From contig JAFIEZ010000003.1 in assembly GCA_020832235.1 (NCBI GenBank), forward strand, positions 256,450 to 320,449: DNA of 64,000 bases, written 5' to 3'. A model generated the notes under the pieces. That model did no database searches, was not told where the DNA came from, and saw only the letters and a list, made by a program, of their open reading frames with translations. The stretch is from Bacteroidota bacterium. GTDB taxonomy: Bacteria > Bacteroidota > Rhodothermia > Balneolales > HLUCCA01. The position numbers were made by a program, and so were the translations under genes. Positions 1 through 12,014 of the stretch are shown here, in pieces (positions within the stretch are counted from its first letter, which is position 1; each line of letters begins with the position of its first letter).

Positions 1-2300
1 AATTCTGCTTGCGCAGCAATCACGTCTGCGGTGAGTGCTGCTCTCGGAACTTCAATCATGGTACCTACTTTATAAGGTACCTCGCTGCTGTAGTTTGCAA
101 ATACCTCTTTGGCTACTTCATGAATGATTGTTGCCTGATGATGAAATTCTTCATGGGTTCCGATTAATGGAATCATGATTTCCGGATAAACACGCACTCC
201 ATTAGCATGAAGTTCAGCAGCGGCTTCCAGGATAGCGGTAGCCTGCATACGTGTAATTTCTGGGTGAGTAATACCTAGACGGCAGCCTCGGTGGCCGAGC
301 ATAGGGTTGAACTCTTTGAGGTTCATCACCTTATTACGCATTACTTTGGCAGGAACCTGAAGTTCATGTGCAACATGAATGATTTCTTCATCGGTATGAG
401 GAAGGAATTCATGCAACGGCGGATCCAGCAGCCTGATGGTAACCGGTAAGCCCTCCATAGCTTCAAAAATTCCCTTGAAATCATCTCGCTGATAAGGAAG
501 CAATTCATTGAGTGCTTCTTGTCGCTCTTCAGCAGACTCGGCCAGAATCATTCGGCGTATAGCTGATATGCGGTTATCTGCGAAGAACATGTGTTCGGTA
601 CGGCATAAACCAATACCAGTTGCGCCATGACCACGAGATTTCAGGGCATCTTCAGGTGTGTCTGCATTGGCACGGACTCCCATGTGCTGAAATTCTTCAA
701 CCCAGGTCATAAAGGTATGGTAGTCTTCGTTAAAGGAGGGTTCAACCAACTCTTTCTCGCCTAGTAAGATAACACCGAGTGTACCATCCAGAGATATCCA
801 CTCACCTTCTTTAACCGTTACGTTACCGTTCGTGAAGGTTCGTTTTTTATAGTTAATGATAATATCTGAGCAACCTGCAACGCATGGTTTACCCCATCCG
901 CGTGCAACTACGGCCGCATGCGAAGTCATACCACCTCTGGAGGTCAAAATCCCTTGAGAAGCGGCCATTCCACCTACATCTTCAGGCGATGTTTCGATTC
1001 GAACAAGAATCACCTTTTCACCTTTTGCACTCAACTTCTCTGCTTCATCAGAATTTAATACAACTTTGCCCACCGCTGCACCGGGTGAAGCCGGCAGACC
1101 TCGACCAATAATCTCATTGTCATCAAAGTTTTCGTCCTTGAGTTGAGGATGGAGTAACTGATCAAGGTGAAGAGGATCAACTAGCTTCAAGACGGCATCT
1201 TCCCGGCTAACAATTCCTTCATTGACAAGGTCAACAGCTATTTTGATAGCAGCATGCCCTGTACGTTTACCACCGCGTGTCTGAAGGATATACATTGTAC
1301 CCTGCTGGATAGTAAACTCTATATCCTGCATGTTTTTGTAGTGCATTTCCAATTTGCGTGTCAGCATGTCGAGCTCCTCGTAGGAGTCAGGCATAATCTT
1401 TTTGAGTTCGTCTATTGGTAACGGCGTACGAATTCCGGCTACGACGTCTTCACCCTGTGCATTCACCAGGAATTCACCATAGAGAAGGTGCTCTCCGGTC
1501 GATGGGTTTCTGGTAAAGCAAACTCCGGTAGCACTGTCGTCTCCGGCATTACCAAATACCATAGCCTGAATATTTACAGCAGTACCAATAAGACCAAATA
1601 TCTTATTTATGGCTCTGTATTTATTCGCACGTGGACTATTCCAGGATTTGAATACCGCATTAATGGCAAATTCCAGCTGCTCTTTGGGGTTCTCCGGGAA
1701 CATGTAACCCGTTTCCTTTCGGTATACTGCTTTATATCTGTCAACCAGCTCGCGCAGATTTTCAGCAGTGAGGTCACTATCCTGTTCAATACTGAGCTCT
1801 TTTTTAAGGGCTTCCATTGTTTCTTCGAAGTGCTCATGAGGAACACCCATAACCACATCGCCAAACATATCAATAAATCGACGGTAACTGTCGAAAGCAA
1901 AACGCTCATTTCCGGTCACCTTGGCAAGACCTTCAACTACGGCATCGTTCATACCAAGATTCAAAACAGTATCCATCATTCCGGGCATAGAGTCTGCAGC
2001 ACCGGATCGTACAGAAACCAACAGCGGCCGGTCGGGATCGCCAAAGCCGGTTTTCATCTGTTTTTCTATAAATGCAATACCATCCTTAACCTGTTGCTTA
2101 AGCTCCTCAGGCCAAACTTTATCGTTATCGTTATAATACTTACAGGTCTCCGTTGTAATAGTAAATCCGGGAGGAACCGGCAGACCTATCGTACACATTT
2201 CGGCAAGGTTTGCACCTTTACCACCTAATAATTCTTTCATGCTGCGGTTACCTTCGGCACTTCCTCCGCCAAAGGTGTACACCCACTTTTTATCGCTCAT
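1..2300 (-). CDS. ppdK: pyruvate, phosphate dikinase (C-terminal end cut by window edge)
   Basis: Absent from the ORF track because it runs off the left edge. Reverse-strand translation from ATG (cat at 2298-2300) reads MSDKKWVYTFGGGSAEGNRSMKELLGGKGANLAEMCTIGLPVPPGFTITTE. The phosphohistidine loop TSRGGMTSHAAVVARGWGKP is encoded near 900-960, and MIEVPRAALTADVIAAQAEF at bases 60-1. The + strand ORFs 884-2228 are antisense shadows. Confidence 0.95.
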   Translation of the reverse strand, partial: MSDKKWVYTFGGGSAEGNRSMKELLGGKGANLAEMCTIGLPVPPGFTITTETCKYYNDNDKVWPEELKQQVKDGIAFIEKQMKTGFGDPDRPLLVSVRSGAADSMPGMMDTVLNLGMNDAVVEGLAKVTGNERFAFDSYRRFIDMFGDVVMGVPHEHFEETMEALKKELSIEQDSDLTAENLRELVDRYKAVYRKETGYMFPENPKEQLEFAINAVFKSWNSPRANKYRAINKIFGLIGTAVNIQAMVFGNAGDDSATGVCFTRNPSTGEHLLYGEFLVNAQGEDVVAGIRTPLPIDELKKIMPDSYEELDMLTRKLEMHYKNMQDIEFTIQQGTMYILQTRGGKRTGHAAIKIAVDLVNEGIVSREDAVLKLVDPLHLDQLLHPQLKDENFDDNEIIGRGLPASPGAAVGKVVLNSDEAEKLSAKGEKVILVRIETSPEDVGGMAASQGILTSRGGMTSHAAVVARGWGKPCVAGCSDIIINYKKRTFTNGNVTVKEGEWISLDGTLGVILLGEKELVEPSFNEDYHTFMTWVEEFQHMGVRANADTPEDALKSRGHGATGIGLCRTEHMFFADNRISAIRRMILAESAEERQEALNELLPYQRDDFKGIFEAMEGLPVTIRLLDPPLHEFLPHTDEEIIHVAHELQVPAKVMRNKVMNLKEFNPMLGHRGCRLGITHPEITRMQATAILEAAAELHANGVRVYPEIMIPLIGTHEEFHHQATIIHEVAKEVFANYSSEVPYKVGTMIEVPRAALTADVIAAQAE

Positions 2301-2441
2301 AACGGCAAATATTAATTAGTGAATAGGAGAGGTTAAATACACTCTATAATTACGCACTATTTTTTGAACAATATTTGCCTGATCATTACCAAATATTGCC
2401 TTGATGACATATGAAACGGGATCTATACAGGTTTTAACAGA

Positions 2442-4493
2442 CTATTCCGGCTTAGATACCGGTACGAATAATGTGATACTCTTGGGCGGATTTTGTTTCT
2501 TGTCAATGGTTACGGTACCACCCATAAGGTCGATTAATGTTTTTGTAATGGTAAGACTTAGACCAAACTGTGCAAATTCTATGTCATTTAACGGGTTCGG
2601 CTTTGTGGTGAGGAAATTTTGCAGCAACTGATTGGAAGTAACCGACCCTGTATTGTTAAAGTCAAATCTTAAATAGTAGTCGGAATATGTTTGTGGACTA
2701 AGCAATCGCCGTTGATTTCTTTTGGCACTCATTCGCAGCTCTACATAACCCTCTTTTGTAAATGAAATTATATGACTAATTAAACTATTTAAGATCTGTC
2801 TGAGTCTTGATTCGTCTGATTTAAACAGGAGAGGAGCGTTATCGTCTAGTACAAGCCGAAATGAAATCCCTTTCCTATCAGCCTTTTCGCCGAATATATC
2901 CTGTAGGTCCGTTGCTAGAACACGTATGGAAAAATTATTCATCAATAAGGTTAAGGAGCCTGATTCGTGCTTAGAATAGTCCGTTATATTGTTGAAAATT
3001 GACATGAGTAGTCGTGTATTTCGTTGCAGTATCTTAAGTTGGGCAGGTTCTACGGGTTCGCCTGACTCTTTAAGCGACTGCGTAATGCCGATTACTGAAT
3101 TTAATGGCGGACGGACCTCCATACTGAGATTTTTGAGAAATGTGCTTTTTGCCTGAGAAATCGCTTCAAACTTGCCACGTATGAGTCGCTCCTCAATCGC
3201 ATTTTTTCTGTCGGTAATGTCGATTCCAATTGTACAAACGCCTGTTAAATTGCCCCGGGCATCGTTAATCGGGAAAGAAGTACACAGATAGTACACTATT
3301 TTTCCGGTGCTTTCCAGAACGATTTCATGCTCCTGTGTTCGGCCTGAATCTACGACGGAAAGGTGGCTCTTCCCGAGTTGTTTACTGATATGTGCCGGAA
3401 ACACATCCGTGTCTTTTTTTCCTGAAATCTGGTCTTGCGTGAAACCGAATACGGTTTCCCACATTTCATTTACCAACTGATACTCCCCGGATTTATTTTT
3501 TACCATTATAACTGAGGCGCTTTTATTAACCAGATCGCTCAAAAAGTATTCACGCTCCAGCAATAAGTTTTGTGTGGTTTTCCGGTTACGGATATTCACC
3601 AGCAATTGGGCAAATAAACGCAGTAATTGTTCCTCGAATGTTCCAAATGTCCTTTTTGTTTCTACGTAATCGAGGCCAACAAAACCCAAACAGGTTTCTG
3701 CATCCATTAATGGTACTGTAAGTAAACTCTTGATGCCCTGCGGTTCCAGTAACTTTCTGTTAAAAGATGCTTCTGGTAGCTCGTTTACATCGTCAATTTG
3801 TAAAGTATTTCCAGCTGAATGACTGCTAACCCATTCTCCCAAATCATCAAGTGGTACTTGCTGAAGATTATTGATTTGAGAGTTTATACCATTTCTACAC
3901 CATTCATTGGTGTTGCTTACGTAGTTGTCATGAAAATTATATTCGAATATATAGACCCTGTCAGCTGAACAAAACTCCCCAATTTCATTCAAAGACTGAC
4001 CAATGTTCTTATCCAGTTCATCAAGAGGAATGTTTATGTATGTAACGGATATACTGAAGATGAGTTTCTGTAGGCTTGTTTGCAGGTCACGTTGTTGTTC
4101 GGCTAAGATTTGTTCAGTTATATTTCTACCTGTTGACTGAATTTCGATTACCCGCTTTTGATCATCGAGTATTGCTATGTCGGTCCACTGTTGCCACGCC
4201 TTGGCCTCGCCCGGTATAATGACCTTGTGAGTGTATGTTTGCTTTGTTTTTTGCGCATCTAACGATTGAATGGATGTAAGTACGGCTTCATGCTCACTTT
4301 CTGGTATAAATTCAGTGAATTTGCGACCAATAAGCTGATCTTTAGGTATACCAAACGCTTTGCTGTAAGCATCATTTACATATGTGAGCGTACAATCTGG
4401 TAAGAAACGGCATACCAGCTCCGTTTGAAGGTCCATTATAGACTCAAGGTATAACTCCCTTGAACCATAGGGATCACAATTCATCGTACTCAT
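2442..4493 (-). CDS. PAS-GAF-PAS sensor protein with degenerate histidine-kinase core (pseudo-kinase candidate)
   Basis: 683-aa ORF. PAS-like N-terminus, GAF-like middle (LLTVPLMDAETCLGFVGLDY) and second PAS (GNLTGVCTIGIDITDRK). The DHp-like helix reads STFLKNLSMEVRPPLNSVIG and the CA-like region reads LRQILNSLISHIISFT ... NNTGSV ... AQFGLSL. Confidence 0.85.
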   Translation of the reverse strand: MSTMNCDPYGSRELYLESIMDLQTELVCRFLPDCTLTYVNDAYSKAFGIPKDQLIGRKFTEFIPESEHEAVLTSIQSLDAQKTKQTYTHKVIIPGEAKAWQQWTDIAILDDQKRVIEIQSTGRNITEQILAEQQRDLQTSLQKLIFSISVTYINIPLDELDKNIGQSLNEIGEFCSADRVYIFEYNFHDNYVSNTNEWCRNGINSQINNLQQVPLDDLGEWVSSHSAGNTLQIDDVNELPEASFNRKLLEPQGIKSLLTVPLMDAETCLGFVGLDYVETKRTFGTFEEQLLRLFAQLLVNIRNRKTTQNLLLEREYFLSDLVNKSASVIMVKNKSGEYQLVNEMWETVFGFTQDQISGKKDTDVFPAHISKQLGKSHLSVVDSGRTQEHEIVLESTGKIVYYLCTSFPINDARGNLTGVCTIGIDITDRKNAIEERLIRGKFEAISQAKSTFLKNLSMEVRPPLNSVIGITQSLKESGEPVEPAQLKILQRNTRLLMSIFNNITDYSKHESGSLTLLMNNFSIRVLATDLQDIFGEKADRKGISFRLVLDDNAPLLFKSDESRLRQILNSLISHIISFTKEGYVELRMSAKRNQRRLLSPQTYSDYYLRFDFNNTGSVTSNQLLQNFLTTKPNPLNDIEFAQFGLSLTITKTLIDLMGGTVTIDKKQNPPKSITLFVPVSKPE

Positions 4494-4572
4494 AACTCAG
4501 CCGATTTAAGTAAATCTCAAACTACATAGTAAAGTAATACATCACATAATATAGGTGTTTTGACAGGTGATG

Positions 4573-4612
4573 AAAAAATAAAAAAGGCCGGAAACGGTAA
4601 CGTAACCGGCCT
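4573..4612 (-). terminator. rho-independent terminator downstream of icd
   Basis: Stem AGGCCGG (4585-4591) pairs with CCGGCCT (4606-4612). On the minus strand the hairpin is followed by a T-run (A-run 4573-4585 on +). Confidence 0.7.
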
Positions 4613-4630
4613 CTAAAGAAAGCTCTCGCA

Positions 4631-6943
<2,313 letters not shown>

Positions 6944-7125
6944 TCAGCCACGTACGCTATGGTGTTATCGTCATGCTGCATTTTGCAATTCATTACAATA
7001 CAACGTTAAAAGTTGTTCAACGTTAAAAACTCCCGCACGTCTAAGGCGTCGTACGTGTTGCTTGTTTCTTTACAGCACTCAGCTATTGTTTCTCATCAAC
7101 CAAATTCATTTCATATTATCCGCCC

Positions 7126-10048
7126 ATGTTTTCAAGCAAACTGAGGTTCGGTCTTTGGCTAGTTGCCATTACACTTTTGTCTGATGTACATTTATCATAC
7201 GCCCAACAAACTACAGAGAATCGTTTTCGTATCTCTGGTATCATCTTGGAAGTGAATGATGAAACCTCAACCCGCCAGCCCTCCGCTGAATCGCAGGCTC
7301 GCAGAGGGGGCCAACGCGAAGGGCAGGGGAGCGGAATGAACCGCTTACCAGGGGTACCAATGCCCGGAGTAAATGTTTCGCTGCTCTCATCAGCTGACAG
7401 TTCACTTGTCACAGGTACCGCCACGAATGAAATGGGATTGTTCGCGCTGGAGCGCGTCTCCAACGGAGAGTATCTGTTGGCCGCAACCTTTGTTGGGTTT
7501 ACCACTCAACTCATACCAGTGCAAGTTAGTGGAAGCGATATTACCCGCCTGGTTATTCGTATGACAGAAGGCCCTCAGATGCTTGATGAGCTTCAAATAT
7601 CGGCTCTCACTCCAAGGGTTGAAATAAGAGGCGATACCACGGCTTTCAATGCCGATGCTTTTCAAGTTAACCCCGATGCAAGCGCCGAAGATCTCGTTCG
7701 AAGAATGCCTGGCTTTGTTGTGCAAGACGGTCAGCTGCAGGCTCAGGGAGAAGCTGTTAGAAGAGTACTGCTGGATGGAGAAGAGTTTTTTGGTGATGAT
7801 GCAACAATAGCACTCCGTAATCTGCCTGCCGACATCGTTGGCTCAATTGAGCTGTTTGACCGACGAAGCGATCAAGCTCGGTTTACAGGATTTGATGATG
7901 GCAATGAAGAACGGACTATCAACATAGTAACGCGTACGGGCAGATTAAACGGTCAATTCGGAAGGGGGACCCTCAGCGCCGGTAACGACGAGCGCTACAT
8001 GGCCAGCGGGAACGTGAATTATTTCAGCGGACCAAGACGAATTAGCGTACTGGGTATGTCTAACAATGTAAATCAACAAAACTTCACCGGAGCTGACCTC
8101 GAAGGCGTTGCTGCTGCGTCACAGAATCAGGGCGGCGGCGGCGGTCGAAGGTGGGGTGGAAATCCAGCGACACGAAATTTTATGACAGGCTCGCAAAGCG
8201 GCATTAATACTACCCACTCATTAGGTGCAAACTACATAGACCGAATCGGGAAATTCAGAATCAATAGCAGTTATTTTTTTACTGCCGGTGATAATACTAC
8301 AAACCAGACAACAAATCGACAGTTTATTAGTGAGGTTGAATCTGGCCAGACCTACAACGATAGGCTGCTTTCGGAAAGAAGCAGCTTGAATCATCGGTTC
8401 AATGCCCGCGTTGAATACAATATGAACGATCGAAATTCATTCGTATTTACCCCGTCTGCTAACTTGTTTCGCGCAAATTCTGAGCAGTTTCAGGATGGTG
8501 TTACCCTGCTCAATGGTTCAAATCTTAATTCCTTGCTCAATGCCCAGGAATCTGAAGATCTCGCATTTAATTCCAATAGCAGTTTACTTTGGAGGAGAAG
8601 TTTCGAGCAAAGAGGACGCACATTGTCTGTGAACCAGCGAAACAACATAAGTAATAGAACCGGAGACGTTATCCAAAATACTACCAGTACATTTTTTGGA
8701 GATAACACGGAACTAGCTACTGCTATACAACGAGTTACAGATCAATCAACAGAGGCTGAAACCCGGTCATTCAGTACATCAACCGATATCCAGTTTACAG
8801 AACCCCTTAGAGATAATGTTCAGGTTCTCGTTCGATTCAGACCCTCTTATGATGAAACGGATTCGGAGAGGTTGATATTCGATTTAAATCCATCAGGACC
8901 GGCTGGGCCTATTTTAAATACGAATTTGACGAATCAATTTATAAGCAAAACCTGGGCGCATCAAGCAGGTACAGGGCTTCGCGTACGTAGAGAGAGATTC
9001 AATATCAATGCGGATCTGAACTACGAGTATACATTATTAAAGGGTGATCAGACGCTTCCAACGGGGACCGAAATACGTAATGTGTACAATAACCTTGTAG
9101 GGTCTATGAACATAAGATATCAATTTTCGCGTACAGCAAATCTGAATATTAATTACCGCACGAACACTCAAAATCCTAGTATTTCACAGCTTCAAGAAGT
9201 AATAGATAACAGCAATCCATTGGTATTGAGAGGTGGCAATCCCGATTTGGATCAGCAATACGCTCAAACTATTTCTGCGCGGTATCGTACTGCCAATATT
9301 GATGCCGGGACATCCTGGTTTGGTGTAATCGCCTACACGCTTACAAATAACACGATTGGAAATACCACGCTGATTGCAACATCCGATACACTATTGGCAC
9401 CTGGTGTAATTCTTGGTCCCGGGGCCAGGTTTACCCGACCAGAAAACATCGGAGCATCACACCGCATACGATCATTTTTTAACCACTCCAGAGCGGTTCC
9501 TCTCATCCAAAGTAATGCGAATTTCATATGGAGGAGTAACTTATGCACTACAACCCACCGTAAATAATGAAGAAAGAACAGTTGCCAGAAATATCGGATT
9601 AAATGCTGGAACTTCACTTAGCAGTAATATTGGACCGAATGTAGACATCAATATGTCGTACAGAGGCAATTATAACATTGTTGAAAATGCCAATGCAGTT
9701 GGTATTAACGATAACTTTTATACAGGCAGTGCGTCGCTGCGTTTGAACTTGCTTCCCTGGGGACGACTCGTAATAGCATCAGATTTGAATCTAACACACT
9801 ATGAAGGTTTGGACGAGACGTTTGCTGAAACAGCAATGTACTGGAATGCGGCGCTGGGATATAAGTTCGGACGTAATCAGGCAGCTGAATTAAGGGTTAC
9901 TGTGTTCGATATTCTGGCCCAGAATAATAGCATTAACCGATCTGTTAGTGATGCTTTTATTGATGATGTGAGGTCCAATGTAATTACCCGTTTCGCTTTG
10001 ATGTCGTTCAGCTATAATTTCAGAAATGTCGAGGGCGGTCGCAGATAA
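7126..10048 (+). pseudogene. outer-membrane beta-barrel / TonB-dependent-receptor-like protein interrupted by a frame change near 9480-9530
   Basis: ORF 7126-9567 (frame 1) has a signal peptide, a CarboxypepD_reg-like N-terminus and a plug-like segment (RVEIRGDTTAFNADAF...LLDGEEF). ORF 9413-10048 (frame 2) carries the rest of the barrel, ending LMSFSYNF. The two overlap and together give one protein of about 973 aa. Removing one T of TTT at 9522-9524 gives ...LIQSNANSYGGVTYALQPTVNNEE... Confidence 0.6.
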
Positions 10049-10057
10049 GCTAAAAGT

Positions 10058-10105
10058 AAAAAAAGTCCGAGCAGTTGTTTTTTCTGTTCGGACTTTTTAA
10101 AAAAA
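10058..10105. terminator. bidirectional rho-independent terminator between convergent genes
   Basis: AGTCCGAGCAG (10064-10074) pairs with CTGTTCGGACT (10084-10094, one G-U). An A-run lies on the left and a T-run on the right. Confidence 0.75.
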
Positions 10106-10129
10106 TGTTCATCTATGTGATTTAGTTCA

Positions 10130-10525
10130 TCAGTCTGATTCAGCGAGATATTTAATGAAATCAGACTTAGACAATGGCTTTACAAGGTAGTCGGCTACAT
10201 TGTCATATGTTTTGGCCTTCTCGAAATCAGATTTGTCAATTGATGAACTTACGATGTAAATTTTTGCCGTTACTTTTTCTTTAATCTGCTTTTCTACCAG
10301 CGAGTCTAAAAACTCCCAACCATTCATTACGGGCATGTTTATGTCCAAAAATATAACATCCGGGAATTCATCTGCATCCTTGTCTTCAACAATTTTTAAG
10401 AGTGTGTCTTGAGCCAGTTTTCCGTTTAAAAAAGACGCGACAAGCGTGTTCGGGTAGGCTTTTTCTACCATACGCTTGGTGAGCATCTGGTAAATACTAT
10501 CATCATCAATAACCCAAAGTTTCAT
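10130..10525 (-). CDS. single-domain response regulator (CheY-like receiver)
   Basis: 131 aa. Acidic pocket MKLWVIDDD, phospho-Asp context VIFLDINMPVMNG, then IYIVSSS and DYLVKPL. Confidence 0.9.
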   Translation of the reverse strand: MKLWVIDDDSIYQMLTKRMVEKAYPNTLVASFLNGKLAQDTLLKIVEDKDADEFPDVIFLDINMPVMNGWEFLDSLVEKQIKEKVTAKIYIVSSSIDKSDFEKAKTYDNVADYLVKPLSKSDFIKYLAESD

Positions 10526-10752
10526 GTCAAATATGCTAAAAATAATGTGATTAAGTTCTTTCCCCAGACGGCATTATACCGGGCCAGGCTCCTTCACTTT
10601 CTTTAAATCTAAAGAATGTATTTCATTTTTTAGCCCCAAAATGAAAAAACCTGTTCGTCAACAGCTAACTTATTATCGGTATAAATTGGAATTAGTGAAG
10701 TACTTTTTAATTTGTTCAGATAGCAGTGGGTTATATCGTGTGTAGTGCTATA

Positions 10753-11400
10753 TCAATTCTTCAGCAAATGCGAAAAATCACGCATGAATTTACGCACCTT
10801 AGGCGCTATTACTACAGAACAGTACCCGGCGTTGGGATTGTCGTTGAAATAGTTCTGGTGATAGTCTTCAGCACGATAGTAGTTGATCAGAGGAGACACT
10901 TCGGTTACAATAGGATCTTGCCATAAGTCAGACGCATCAGTTTTTGATTTAGAGGCCAGTGCAATATCTCGCTGCTCCTCGTTGTGGTAGAAGATTACGG
11001 ACCTGTACTGTGTTCCAACGTCGGCCCCCTGGCGATTCAGTGTTGTAGGATCGTGGGTATGCCAGAATACCTCAAGTAAATCTTCAAAACGCACTTTATC
11101 CGGGTTATAGTCAAATCGAATAACTTCAGCATGTCCCGTTCTGCCGGATGTAACCTGTTGATACGTTGGGTTCTCTATATGTCCTCCTGAATAGCCTGAT
11201 TCTACATTGTATACTCCCTCGATGCGTTGGAAAATTGCCTCAACACACCAGAAGCAACCCGCCCCGAACGTCGCTTGCTCTAGCTTACTGCTCATTTCTT
11301 CAGTTATTAAATTATTTTGGTTCATGGCACTTGTTGTGGTAATTCTAAAAAAAATGGCCACAGAGAAAGCAACAAATAGTACCCATACATAGTTTCGCAT
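10753..11400 (-). CDS. msrA: peptide-methionine (S)-S-oxide reductase MsrA with N-terminal signal/anchor
   Basis: GAGCFWCVEAIF catalytic motif, then GYSGG, GHAEV and EDYHQNYF. The start is probably MRNYVWVLFVAFSVAIFF (cat 11398-11400) rather than the ORF-track start at 11469. Confidence 0.9.
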   Translation of the reverse strand: MRNYVWVLFVAFSVAIFFRITTTSAMNQNNLITEEMSSKLEQATFGAGCFWCVEAIFQRIEGVYNVESGYSGGHIENPTYQQVTSGRTGHAEVIRFDYNPDKVRFEDLLEVFWHTHDPTTLNRQGADVGTQYRSVIFYHNEEQRDIALASKSKTDASDLWQDPIVTEVSPLINYYRAEDYHQNYFNDNPNAGYCSVVIAPKVRKFMRDFSHLLKN

Positions 11401-11686
11401 CGAAAAGCACCTTTTTCTGTTGGTATAGTTACACGAGAGATAAGCTCCTGGCTTATACTGATTGGCCAATTATAAACAGAATTAAATTATGAATAGCAGT
11501 TTTACAGATATGCAGATTATTTTGCTAAATTAAAAATAGATAAAGCCGTGTTGACGGTAATCAAACACGGCTTTATCGCATGAGAAAATCCAAAGTAGAA
11601 CTGTTGACGCTGAACTCTTTGGATCAACCTTTAATAAAATATCACAAATTGTGAATACTGACAATAAAAAGTCACATCATGTGAAT

Positions 11687-11992
11687 ATGGTATTGGACCG
11701 TGTTAAACAGTACTACAATCTCAAAACAGACGCAAAATTGGCCGAGTTTCTTGATATTCAACCGAATACTCTGGCAATGCAAAGGTCCAGGGGGACCTTA
11801 CCCTTGAATCAGATACTCCAGAAGTGTCGTAACGTAAATATGAACTGGTTGCTAAGTAAAGAAGATATGGGTAAGCCTCTTCACACCCAGGACCAGTCCG
11901 TCTCTTACGATGCAGCAGAATCACTTCGAAATGAGGAGCTTCAACGTAAGATTGCAGAACTCGAAAGGAAACTCGGGCCGGAGCGCAACTAA
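11687..11992 (+). CDS. phage CI-repressor-type helix-turn-helix protein
   Basis: MVLDRVKQYYNLKTDAKLAEFLDIQPNTLAMQRSRGTLPLNQILQ is an HTH of the CI-repressor N-terminal type, with a coiled-coil-like tail EELQRKIAELERKL. The ORF-track start is GTG at 11651; ATG at 11687 is preferred. Confidence 0.65.
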   Translation: MVLDRVKQYYNLKTDAKLAEFLDIQPNTLAMQRSRGTLPLNQILQKCRNVNMNWLLSKEDMGKPLHTQDQSVSYDAAESLRNEELQRKIAELERKLGPERN

Positions 11993-12014
11993 TCAATATA
12001 TATAAACACATTTC

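Noticed and set aside
884-2228. Plus-strand ORFs (75, 246 and 71 aa) and the minus-strand 100-aa ORF at the left end
   Set aside because: They lie entirely inside the minus-strand ppdK reading frame, which has unmistakable PPDK motifs. Their translations are low-complexity or hydrophobic nonsense, so they are antisense or out-of-frame shadows.
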